Source: Candidatus Acidifodinimicrobium mancum (lineage in GTDB: Archaea > Nanobdellota > Nanobdellia > Parvarchaeales > Parvarchaeaceae). From it: 32,179 bases of DNA. Made by a program: the position numbers and the translations under genes. This document shows positions 1 through 8,281 of the stretch, piece by piece (within the stretch, counting starts at the first letter, position 1; every line of letters starts with the position of its first letter). The notes beneath the pieces are model-generated. The model did not search any database. It saw only the letters and a list, made by a program, of their open reading frames with translations, and was not told the origin of the DNA. Location: assembly GCA_015121965.1 (NCBI GenBank), contig JADFAP010000017.1:5047-37225 (forward strand). The letters are read 5' to 3'.

Positions 1-377
1 AGCGGAATGCCGTTAAAGACGCAGATCTGGTTCACAATCAGCCTTGTTTTGGTGTTGTCTGTCGTGTCTATCACAAGGTCGCTGCCTTTGAGGGCTTCCT
101 CAGCGTTCCCCAAAGTCAGGTAAAAGGGGAGACTTTTGAACCTAGTCCTGCTGTTTATATCCTCAAACTTAAGCCTTGCGACATCAGCCTTGTAGTTTAC
201 TGTCTTTGTGTCACGAATATCATAGAGAACCTGCGTTTTCACATTGGTCTCGGTGACTATATCGCCGTCAATTATATCTACCTCTCCGAAATCAAGCCTG
301 CCAATAAGCTGCAGTATAGCTGATCCAAGTGCTCCGCACCCGACTAAAGTCAGTCTGAGCTTGTTTAGGTTTCTCAT
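1..377 (-). CDS. ThiF/MoeB/UbaA (E1-like) adenylyltransferase, N-terminal part; runs off the window edge
   Basis: Not in the ORF track. Manual translation from ATG at 377 gives MRNLNKLRLTLVGCGALGSAILQLIGRLDFGEVDIIDGDIVTETNVKTQ...KADVA...SDLVIDTTDN. This contains the GxGxxG, DxDxVxxxN and D(T/C)TDN motifs of the ThiF family. Confidence 0.88.
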   Translation of the reverse strand, partial: MRNLNKLRLTLVGCGALGSAILQLIGRLDFGEVDIIDGDIVTETNVKTQVLYDIRDTKTVNYKADVARLKFEDINSRTRFKSLPFYLTLGNAEEALKGSDLVIDTTDNTKTRLIVNQICVFNGIP

Positions 378-446
378 ATCAAATCGAAGAAATCTATAAA
401 TATATATAAAAGCATACAAGAACATTAAATTAGTTGGAGATAAACT

Positions 447-1013
447 ATGTACGAGATTTTGACTTTAAAATCGAAGATAAGGGTCCCCCCTAGGGCGGAG
501 GAGCAGCCGTTAGATGAGGCCATACGGCTTAAGATACACGAAGATTTCATAGGGAAGATAATAGAGGGGAAATCTCTGCTCTTAGGGCTAGTAAGCATAG
601 ACTCGATAGACGAGGGGATAATAATACCTGAGGATCCCTCAGCATACTACCCGGCTACCTTTAAACTATTAGGCTATACACCCACCCTGCATGAGGTTGT
701 AAAGGGGCAAGTTGTCAATATCAGTGAGATAGGCGCTACAGTTAATGTAGGACCTGTGGATGGGCTTGCGTTTATATCGCAGACCATGGATGATTACGTA
801 GACTTCAGCAAGAACGCACTGGTCGGCAGAAAGACAAAGGAATCGATAAAGATCGGCGATACCGTCACTGCCAGCATAATAGCTATCACCACAAAGGGGC
901 AGATGAAGATTGGGCTTACGATGAGAGCACCCGGACTTGGAAAGATTGACAAGAAGAAGGGAATAAAGAAAAAGGCTGCAAAGGCTGCGAAAGGGGAGAG
1001 GAACAATGGTTGA
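447..1013 (+). CDS. rpoE1: DNA-directed RNA polymerase subunit E' (Rpo7)
   Basis: IRVPP start, S1 domain (EVVKGQV...GPVDGLAFISQ), C-terminal KIGLTMRAPGLGK; lies upstream of spt4. Confidence 0.95.
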   Translation: MYEILTLKSKIRVPPRAEEQPLDEAIRLKIHEDFIGKIIEGKSLLLGLVSIDSIDEGIIIPEDPSAYYPATFKLLGYTPTLHEVVKGQVVNISEIGATVNVGPVDGLAFISQTMDDYVDFSKNALVGRKTKESIKIGDTVTASIIAITTKGQMKIGLTMRAPGLGKIDKKKGIKKKAAKAAKGERNNG

Positions 1014-1191
1014 GAAAGCCTGCAGAGTCTGTGGCCACATAACGGAGGGGAGGAAGTGCGAAATCTGCGGAAGCGATGACCTGTCGGCGAAGTGGAAGGG
1101 GGTCATTGATGTTATTGACCCGGAGAATTCAAAGGTTGCTGCAGATCTTAAGATCACAAAGCCAGGCAAATACGCATTGGTTATAGAATAA
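1006..1191 (+). CDS. spt4: Transcription elongation factor Spt4 (RpoE'')
   Basis: KACRVC...CEICGS zinc ribbon, WKG.I.VIDPENS, PGKYAL; canonical position after rpoE'. Confidence 0.96.
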   Translation: MVEKACRVCGHITEGRKCEICGSDDLSAKWKGVIDVIDPENSKVAADLKITKPGKYALVIE

Positions 1192-1193
1192 TT

Positions 1194-1496
1194 ATGAAAC
1201 TAGAGGTCACCGGTGAGTCAAGCAATGAGTTCTTTGATCGTAAGACAGTAGATTTTTACGTGGATTTCGAGAAAGGCGAAAAGGTCAAACTACTGGACGC
1301 GAGGAAGGAGCTGTCTGAAAAATATAAGGATGGCATGCTTGTCGTGCTTACTTTAAAGAATATGTTTGGGCTTAGGAGGATGAAGGGCGTTGCACAGTTG
1401 TATTCAAATGAGACAGTGGCAAAGTCGGTTCTGCCCAGGTACGTGCTGAAGAAGAACGGGTTGATAGAAGATGCCAAAGAAAAAGAAAAGAAATAG
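1194..1496 (+). CDS. rps24e: 30S ribosomal protein S24e (divergent)
   Basis: N.FF.RK.V.F, FG.R...G.A.LY and PRYVL.KN motifs; syntenic between spt4 and S27ae. Confidence 0.85.
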   Translation: MKLEVTGESSNEFFDRKTVDFYVDFEKGEKVKLLDARKELSEKYKDGMLVVLTLKNMFGLRRMKGVAQLYSNETVAKSVLPRYVLKKNGLIEDAKEKEKK

Positions 1497-1662
1497 AGAG
1501 AGCGAGAAGGTCTATAAACTCTACAAGATAGAGGGCGATAAGTTAGTCAGGCTAAGGAAGACCTGCCCCAAGTGTGGAGAAGGCGTTTTTCTAGCTCAGC
1601 ATAAGGACAGGCTCACATGCGGTAGATGTGGATACACTGAATTTCTGCCACAGAAGAAGTAG
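1471..1662 (+). CDS. rps27ae: 30S ribosomal protein S27ae
   Basis: [39 protein letters not shown]. Confidence 0.97.
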   Translation: MPKKKKRNRESEKVYKLYKIEGDKLVRLRKTCPKCGEGVFLAQHKDRLTCGRCGYTEFLPQKK

Positions 1663-1777
1663 TGAGGCGTTTAAGAATAAGTTTAAGTTCTTGCCGATTC
1701 GCTATATATTTGCAGATATCAATTTGAACACTTCTTTGAATCTACAAATTTATACGATTGCTGCAAATAAATAAAAT

Positions 1778-2416
1778 ATGGAATATTACAGCGTAGCACA
1801 GATCAAAAATATGGAGGAAGAAGCCAAAAAGAGAGGCGTGACTGAAAATAAGATGATGGATACGGCTGGGCGTTTAGTGGCCGATTTTATAGATAAGAAT
1901 ATAGAATTTAAAAGAGCGGTATTTATAGCAGGCACTGGAAACAATGGCGGGGATGCTCTTTCTGCGGCTTTCCACCTCTTTAATTTGAACCATTCAAACA
2001 TTGAAGTTATTGTTGTAGGAAAACCGGAGGAATTGAAAGAAAACCCGAAAGTTTTCCTTTACCTTATAAGTGATATCAAAGATATTTCAGTCAAATTCAT
2101 TTCTGATTCAGCTGCTTTAAACAGCATAAAGGAGGATATAAAAGATGCGGATATTTTGGTGGTAGAGCTTTTCGGTACCGGTTTTCATGGTGATCTGCCT
2201 ACCTTAGCTGCCGATTTAATTGATTCGATAAATGATTCAGATGCTAAAAGAATCAGCATAGATATACCTTCTGGCATGAATGGCGATTCAGGAGATTTCA
2301 AAAAAGTAGTAAAATCAGATTTCACTCTTACAATGATGGCTATGAAAAAGGCATTCCAAAATCCGCAAGCATTGTCGGTCTGCGGCAAGATCTTGATCAT
2401 GAACTTATTAAATTAA
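1778..2416 (+). CDS. nnrE: NAD(P)H-hydrate epimerase (YjeF N-terminal domain), stand-alone
   Basis: M..AG, GTGNNGGD, LFGTG and IDIPSG motifs; no fused NnrD domain. Confidence 0.88.
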   Translation: MEYYSVAQIKNMEEEAKKRGVTENKMMDTAGRLVADFIDKNIEFKRAVFIAGTGNNGGDALSAAFHLFNLNHSNIEVIVVGKPEELKENPKVFLYLISDIKDISVKFISDSAALNSIKEDIKDADILVVELFGTGFHGDLPTLAADLIDSINDSDAKRISIDIPSGMNGDSGDFKKVVKSDFTLTMMAMKKAFQNPQALSVCGKILIMNLLN

Positions 2417-2443
2417 TATAATAAATTTTAGAACATTAACCAT

Positions 2444-2526
2444 CGCTGGGTACAGGATTCGAACCTGTGAATCCTTGCGGAAACCGGTTCTCAAGACCGG
2501 CGCTTTAACCACTCAGCCAACCCAGC
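2444..2526 (-). tRNA. tRNA-Ser(TGA)
   Basis: Reverse complement: GCTGGGT/ACCCAGC acceptor stem, anticodon arm CCGGT-CTTGAGA-ACCGG, long variable arm, GGTTCGAATCC T-arm. No intron; CCA not encoded. Confidence 0.96.
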
Positions 2527-2551
2527 ATCAGTAAGAGTTGTCAGTCAACAA

Positions 2552-2559
2552 ATTTAAAT
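2552..2559. promoter_or_regulatory. Palindromic TATA-like box ATTTAAAT, candidate bidirectional promoter for tRNA-Ser and ogg1
   Basis: Perfect palindrome 25 nt from the tRNA 5' end and 21 nt from the ogg1 ATG, within a 54-nt divergent gap. Confidence 0.5.
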
Positions 2560-2580
2560 GATGTGCTTGTTATCTATTGA

Positions 2581-3393
2581 ATGCAGATTAATATAAACAA
2601 CTTCTCCTTGGATGCGACTCTATCCGCTGGCCAGACTTTTTCTTGGTTCAAATTGGAGGGTAGGTGGATCAGGCTGGTCGGGAATCCGATAACTGCAAAG
2701 CAAACTGATCGAAATACTTTAGAAGCAGATGGAGCGGGCGAAAAGGAGATAAAAAGACTACTGGGTTTGAATGATGATATTCAGAGGATAAACAAAGAGA
2801 TAAGCAAGGATGATTTCATATCAGAGGCGATAAGAAAATCGGCAGGCTTAAGGGTTGTGGAGGATGGGCTTTGGCCTTCGACACTCGGCTTCATTCTATC
2901 CATACAATCAAACATAAACCTTATAAAGAAAAGAGTGCAGACTCTGTCGAAGATATATGGTGAAGAGGTAGAGGTTAACGGTAAGAAACTCTACACATTC
3001 CCCAGGGCGAATAGTATCTCCGCCAGGCCAGATCTCACAGCTGAAGCAAGACTGGGATTTAGATCAAAGTTTGTGATTGCTGCGGCTAAACATTTCAGTG
3101 AGACAAATATAAATGAAGAAATAGAAGACGAGGAGCTTGTAAAGCACCTTCTTTCGATTCATGGCGTAGGTCCTAAGGTTCTTGACTGTGTGATGCTGTA
3201 TGGTCTTCATAGATTATCATATTTCCCTATGGATGTGTGGATAGAGAGGGCTCTGAAGGAGAAATACTCAAACATGGTAGGTGGTTTAAAATCCTATAGG
3301 GCGATAAATGAGAAAATGAGGGAGTATTTCGGCGAGTTCGCGGGATATGCGCAGCTTTACATATACGACAGCTTCAGGAAGAAAACAAGCTAG
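2581..3393 (+). CDS. ogg1: 8-oxoguanine DNA glycosylase / AP lyase (OGG1-type HhH-GPD)
   Basis: N-terminal LDATLSAGQTF.W, FILSIQSNI, YTFP, LGFRSK, HhH motif GVGPKV.DC..LY, FPMDVW, FGEFAGYAQ. Confidence 0.9.
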   Translation: MQININNFSLDATLSAGQTFSWFKLEGRWIRLVGNPITAKQTDRNTLEADGAGEKEIKRLLGLNDDIQRINKEISKDDFISEAIRKSAGLRVVEDGLWPSTLGFILSIQSNINLIKKRVQTLSKIYGEEVEVNGKKLYTFPRANSISARPDLTAEARLGFRSKFVIAAAKHFSETNINEEIEDEELVKHLLSIHGVGPKVLDCVMLYGLHRLSYFPMDVWIERALKEKYSNMVGGLKSYRAINEKMREYFGEFAGYAQLYIYDSFRKKTS

Positions 3394-4490
3394 TCAAAGG
3401 AGAATTCCTTGACCTTCATCTGTTTCATGCTTTCATCCACTATCCCGTCAAGATCTATTTCCTTAGACAGCCTCTCTATTACCTCTGATTTCGCATTTGT
3501 AGCCGGATGCTTCGAAACTATGGAACAGCAGTCTTTGTATGGCTGTATAGATAGATCATATGTCCCGTACCTCATTGCTAGTTTGATTATCTCTTCCTTG
3601 TTTACAGTGGTGAATGGCCTCAAGATAAGTGTCTCAACCCCGCTGCTTTCAGCTCTTAGATTGTCAAGCGTTTGGGAGGCAACCTGGGAGAGGGAATCCC
3701 CGGTCGCAATTGCCTTGTATCCCATCTCATTTGCGAGCCTTTCTGCAAGCTTCAGAAGGAATCTCTTGAATAGAACCAGTTCGTACCTGGGCGGGGCTGC
3801 GGAGGCCTTGATAGAGAAAACATAGAAAGGCACAAGATATAGTTTGAAGTCGTTTACCCCCTTTATTCTCTCAAGTATTCCTTTTATCTTCGAATCCAGA
3901 GCTAGGTCCGGGTCATTAAAGGCATGGACGTGCAGCAAATCAACAGACATCCCCCTCTTCATCAGTTCGAATGGAACAACCGAAGAGTCAATTCCTCCTG
4001 AAAATAACGACAGCACTTTATTCTTTGGGTCTATAGGCAATCCGCCTATCCCTCTTTTGATGTCATAGTTGACCGTAAAATTGTCCTTGAATATCTCAAT
4101 TCTTACTTTCTGCCCACTCTCTTCTCCCCCAACTTCTTTTATTAAGTAGTTCCTTATATCAAGCGATGTTTTTTCATATGACTTATCTATCCTCCTCACA
4201 TCTATGTTCATTGGTCCATACTGGGCTTCCAGCGCTTTGACCGCCTTTTTAAGTTTTTCAAGGTCTCTCTCTATTATCTCAGTCCTTCCGAACCACGCGA
4301 TCCCAGGAAGTAAGGCGAGTCGGTCGGCGTCTTTCTCATCCACACCCCTCAATAGTAGTCTGCCCCATATCTTCTCTGGTCTCTTGTGAAAAGTCCTGTA
4401 TATCTCCTTATCAAGAAGCTTCTCAAAGCCTCTCCGGTTCCTTCCCTTCAAGGCTATCTCATTGTAGTGTATACTTACATCTTCTAACAT
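3390..4490 (-). CDS. thiI: tRNA 4-thiouridine(8) synthase ThiI (THUMP plus PP-loop, no rhodanese domain)
   Basis: HYNEIALKGRNR, GIGGLP, SGGIDS, TGDSLSQVASQT, LRP, KEEII and DCC motifs. ATG at 4490 preferred over the GTG at 4514. Confidence 0.95.
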   Translation of the reverse strand: MLEDVSIHYNEIALKGRNRRGFEKLLDKEIYRTFHKRPEKIWGRLLLRGVDEKDADRLALLPGIAWFGRTEIIERDLEKLKKAVKALEAQYGPMNIDVRRIDKSYEKTSLDIRNYLIKEVGGEESGQKVRIEIFKDNFTVNYDIKRGIGGLPIDPKNKVLSLFSGGIDSSVVPFELMKRGMSVDLLHVHAFNDPDLALDSKIKGILERIKGVNDFKLYLVPFYVFSIKASAAPPRYELVLFKRFLLKLAERLANEMGYKAIATGDSLSQVASQTLDNLRAESSGVETLILRPFTTVNKEEIIKLAMRYGTYDLSIQPYKDCCSIVSKHPATNAKSEVIERLSKEIDLDGIVDESMKQMKVKEFSFD

Positions 4491-4568
4491 AACCTTACTT
4501 TTACCCCCTCTCACAATTTAAGAGTCATCAAATAACTATTATATCCGCGGGTATGTTAATATAAATTA

Positions 4569-6014
4569 ATGGAAGCAAAAAGGGTTGGGGATTTAGAGTG
4601 GGTCATTGATAAAAGCTTCAAAGAAGGCATGAGAGTTCCAATACGACTTTTTGGAACTGAGAACCTAATAAAGAATCTTGATCCCCAGGTATACGATCAG
4701 GCAGCAAATGTTGCGACCTTACCTGGCGCAGAGAAAGAGATAATATTGATGCCAGATGCACATTCAGGCTACGGCGCCCCGATAGGCACAGTGGCTGCAT
4801 TTGACGTAAACAACGGTGGAATAATCTCCCCAGGAATGATAGGATTTGACATAAACTGTTCTGTCAGGCTGATAAAGACTAACCTTACGCTAAAGGATGT
4901 CAAACCGAAGCTGAAGACGTTAGTTGAAGAATTTTTCAAGGCAATACCGTCAGGTGTGGGCTCAGAGAGCAAGGTGAGACTGAAGGAGCCAGAGTTTAAG
5001 GAGCTGGCAGACGGCGGAGCTAGATGGGCTACTGAGCGCGGGTTTGGAAAGAAGGAAGACCTTGAAAGGATAGAACTGAACGGCAATGCAGAATGGGCTG
5101 ACAGCGGGAAACTATCAAAAGCAGCGGTAAAGAGGGGATTGAATCAGATAGGGACGCTTGGATCAGGCAATCACTACCTTGAGATCGAGCACCTAGTCCC
5201 AGAGAATGTGTTCGATGATAAGTTAGCAAAGAAGTGGGGATTATTTGATGACCAGATTTTGATTCTTGTACATACCGGCTCAAGAGGAGCAGGGCACCAG
5301 ATAGCCTCGGATTATATGAATTCATTCGCGAGCATAATGAAATCAAAGTATAACATAGAAGTTCCGGACCGAGAGCTAGCTGCTGTCCCTTTTCTGTCGG
5401 ATGATGGGCAGGATTACTATAAAGCGATGGGCTGCGGTGTAAACATAAGCTTCGCAAACAAGCAGATAATCCTACAGAGAGTGAGGGAAGTGATGTCGAA
5501 GGTTTTCAAGTCTGACGAGGATTCACTGGGTATAGATATCGTGTATGATGTAGCGCATAACAGGGCTACACTAGAGAAGCACGAAATAGACGGTGAGAAC
5601 CTTGAGCTTTTAGTTCATAGGAAAGGGGCTACTGCAAGCTATTACCCCGGAAGGAAGGAGATACCAAAATTATACAGGCAGGATGGATCCCCGGTCCTGA
5701 TAGGCGGGAGCATGCAGACCGCAAGTTACCTTCTGGTCGGTTCAGAAAATTCAAGGCAGACTTTTTGCTCAACTGTCCACGGAGCGGGAAGGATGATGAG
5801 CAGGCACAAGGCAAAGGAGAAATACGACGGAAAGAAGCTAAAGGAGGAGATGATAAAGAGTGGGATCTACGTTGATACAGATTCATTGTCTGGCCTAGCA
5901 GAAGAAGCCGGAGGAGCGTACAAGGATGTCAATGAGGTTGTTGAAAGCGTTGACAAGGCAGGAATATCCAGGAAAGTGGCAAAGTTCCTTCCGCTCGGCG
6001 TAATAAAGGGATGA
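4569..6014 (+). CDS. rtcB: tRNA-splicing / RNA ligase RtcB
   Basis: MPDAHSGYG, GFDINC, GTLGSGNHYLE, HTGSRG, DVAHN, HRKGA, HGAGR and EEA..AYKD motifs are all intact. Confidence 0.98.
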   Translation: MEAKRVGDLEWVIDKSFKEGMRVPIRLFGTENLIKNLDPQVYDQAANVATLPGAEKEIILMPDAHSGYGAPIGTVAAFDVNNGGIISPGMIGFDINCSVRLIKTNLTLKDVKPKLKTLVEEFFKAIPSGVGSESKVRLKEPEFKELADGGARWATERGFGKKEDLERIELNGNAEWADSGKLSKAAVKRGLNQIGTLGSGNHYLEIEHLVPENVFDDKLAKKWGLFDDQILILVHTGSRGAGHQIASDYMNSFASIMKSKYNIEVPDRELAAVPFLSDDGQDYYKAMGCGVNISFANKQIILQRVREVMSKVFKSDEDSLGIDIVYDVAHNRATLEKHEIDGENLELLVHRKGATASYYPGRKEIPKLYRQDGSPVLIGGSMQTASYLLVGSENSRQTFCSTVHGAGRMMSRHKAKEKYDGKKLKEEMIKSGIYVDTDSLSGLAEEAGGAYKDVNEVVESVDKAGISRKVAKFLPLGVIKG

Positions 6015-6469
6015 CTAAAATGGCAAAGATCAAGAGAAACTACAGGTTTTTGGACAACATAACCAGTGCTGATGTGGCTTTCGAAGCGGGTGGTGAAACC
6101 ATGGACAAGCTATTCGAAAACTGTGCGTATGCTCTGGAGAACGTGATGGTGAACAGGCTAGACAGGGTAAAAGCGGAAAAAGAAAGGAATATAACAGTTG
6201 AAGCACGTGATGCGGATCAGCTGCTTTTCTCGTTTCTTCATGAGATCTTAATGCTGAAGGACGTTGAAAGGCTGGTCTTCAGCAGGTTTAAGGTATCGAT
6301 TAAGAGGCTGAATGAAAACAGGTATCTGCTAAAGTGCATATGCAAGGGCTCAAAGATAGATCCTAAGACACATGACGTAGTGGTTGATGTGAAGGGGATA
6401 TCAATGCACAGGCTGAAGGTTGGGAGAAAGGAAGGCGCGTATAAGGCAATGGTCGTTGTAGATGTATGA
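6011..6469 (+). CDS. Archease (RtcB cofactor)
   Basis: YRFLD..SADVAFEA.G, LL..FL.E, DVKGISMH and C-terminal VVVDV; ATGA overlap with rtcB. Confidence 0.93.
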   Translation: MTKMAKIKRNYRFLDNITSADVAFEAGGETMDKLFENCAYALENVMVNRLDRVKAEKERNITVEARDADQLLFSFLHEILMLKDVERLVFSRFKVSIKRLNENRYLLKCICKGSKIDPKTHDVVVDVKGISMHRLKVGRKEGAYKAMVVVDV

Positions 6470-6472
6470 CCT

Positions 6473-7198
6473 TCAATTCATGCTCTCATACGCTTTGAGC
6501 ACATGTTCTCCTCCAGATTTTGCGTCAAAGTTTCTCCTTACTTTTTCGATTATCTCCGCTTTTTTCATGCCTTTAGAGCAGATTATTATCGTGTTTCCAG
6601 ATAGTATACTGCTGGACACTCTGTATACATTGAATCTCTTCTCCAACTTCCCTATATAACTGTTGAAATAGAGCATGTCTTTTATGCTCATCGCGTAGTT
6701 TATCGCTAGTATCCCCTCTTGGTTCAGTGCTTCGTATGCGCTGTTTACGAACTTCTCGGTCAAGAAAGGCTTAGGTATATAGTCAGATATGTACGCATCT
6801 AGGATCACTATGTCATATCCTCGATGTGTGTCTATATATTTTGACCCGTCTGCAAGTATAATCTCTGCATGAACATCATTGTCGGACATGAACTTCCTGT
6901 ATAACTCAGCTACCTTTGGATCGACTTCCACTGCCGTAAGCGAAGCCTTGCTACCGTATAGTTTTTCGAACTGGAAGAGTATCGTTCCACCCCCAAGGCC
7001 TATCATAAGCACCTTAGGCGTGGCATACAAGCTTGGCAACGGTGCAAAGAAGTCCCAATAAGCATTTGTATAGATTTTTCCGCCCTTGAATATCCTTGAG
7101 TAAGTGACTATTCCGTATCTGAATTCTTTTCGGTCTTCTTCATCCAATATGTTAAAGTCCGGCTCCTTGATTCCAAAGACTTTCCTTATCAAACTCAT
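6473..7198 (-). CDS. Spermidine synthase-like class I SAM-dependent transferase
   Basis: VLMIGLGGG, VEVDPKV, DG..Y, YDIVILDAY and L...GILAIN motifs. Confidence 0.8.
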   Translation of the reverse strand: MSLIRKVFGIKEPDFNILDEEDRKEFRYGIVTYSRIFKGGKIYTNAYWDFFAPLPSLYATPKVLMIGLGGGTILFQFEKLYGSKASLTAVEVDPKVAELYRKFMSDNDVHAEIILADGSKYIDTHRGYDIVILDAYISDYIPKPFLTEKFVNSAYEALNQEGILAINYAMSIKDMLYFNSYIGKLEKRFNVYRVSSSILSGNTIIICSKGMKKAEIIEKVRRNFDAKSGGEHVLKAYESMN

Positions 7199-7342
7199 AA
7201 TCTCTTCCTTCTCTCACCTATAATAAAAGCGTTCTTCTGCGTCATACTTAAATACGAGAAACTATTCATTAATCGTATAACTTAGTAGTAAAACTTTATA
7301 TATTGGTAATTGTTTTATTCCATTTAATAACTATTGAGTAGT

Positions 7343-7350
7343 GGGGAGGT
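7343..7350 (+). promoter_or_regulatory. Shine-Dalgarno sequence (GGGGAGGT) of the TrmB-family gene
   Basis: GGAGGT lies just upstream of the ATG at 7354; TATA-like TTTATATA near 7295-7302. Confidence 0.55.
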
Positions 7351-7353
7351 TAT

Positions 7354-8148
7354 ATGCCATTGTCTTTTAGTGAAGATTACATAGGGAAAGTCAGAAGGAT
7401 GTTCGGTTTGAACATGTATGAGGCCAAGATATGGCTTGCGCTGCTTTCGCAGGGCAAGTCCACAAACGGCAAGCTCAGTGATCTAGCGAACATACCAAAG
7501 TCAAGATCCTACGATATACTCGTTTCGTTGGAGAACGCCGGTTTTGTTGTCAGAGAATTAGGCAAGCCCATAACTTACAAGGCTACTCCCCCATCCGAAT
7601 TGCTTGCGAATATGAAGGAGAAGACTGAAGAGGGCTATAAGGCACAGGTGGAGAAGATAGAGAAGCTCAAGGACAGCGAGGTTTTGAAGGATCTGCAGAA
7701 GCTGTACGAGAAAGGCATAACCTTCGTGAAGGAAGGAGAAGTTGCATCAGCCTACCAAGGTCTGCCATCAGCTTTCATGAAGATAAAGAACGAGATAAGG
7801 ACTGCAAAGGATGAGGTTTTGATAGTGAGCACTGAAAAGTCATTAGAGCAGAAGATAAGGTCCCTTAACAGGGCTTTAGCCGAAGCAAAGGCGAAGGGCG
7901 TGAGCGTCAAGGTATACGCACCGATAGAGCAGCTGAAGGAAGAGCTGGAGCACGAAATAAACAGGGTAGGCAAGTTCACGAAACTTAACATAGACTTAGG
8001 CAGATTCATAATCGTCGACGGTAAGACAGTGTTCATTTTCACACAGAATGACAAGGATGTGCACCCAAGCTCAGAGGTCGTAGTGAGCATAAGGGGCGAT
8101 TATCTGGTAGACAAGTTCAAGAATCTTATAGAAGCGCATTCAAAGTGA
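7354..8148 (+). CDS. TrmB-family regulator / TrmBL2-like chromatin protein (wHTH, coiled coil, PLD-like C-domain)
   Basis: FGLNMYEAKIWLALL...IPKSRSYDILVSLE..GFV...GKP..Y; C-domain A..EV.I...GVSVKV...RFIIVDGK. Confidence 0.9.
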   Translation: MPLSFSEDYIGKVRRMFGLNMYEAKIWLALLSQGKSTNGKLSDLANIPKSRSYDILVSLENAGFVVRELGKPITYKATPPSELLANMKEKTEEGYKAQVEKIEKLKDSEVLKDLQKLYEKGITFVKEGEVASAYQGLPSAFMKIKNEIRTAKDEVLIVSTEKSLEQKIRSLNRALAEAKAKGVSVKVYAPIEQLKEELEHEINRVGKFTKLNIDLGRFIIVDGKTVFIFTQNDKDVHPSSEVVVSIRGDYLVDKFKNLIEAHSK

Positions 8149-8281
8149 AGCGAACTCCAGTAAAAATTTTGCAATTTCGAGACAGATGCTGCCTTGTATC
8201 TGGACACAGATAAAAGTTTAATAAATACAAAGTGTTTGTGAATTGTATGTTCATCAGTCCATATACTAGCAGGAGTACAAA

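Noticed and set aside
7260..7342. TrmB operator-like inverted repeats (ACTA-N5-TAGT; ACTTAGTAGT) upstream of the TrmB gene
   Set aside because: The arms are only 3-4 bp in AT-rich DNA and do not exactly match the known TGM or TrmB boxes; they cannot be distinguished from chance.
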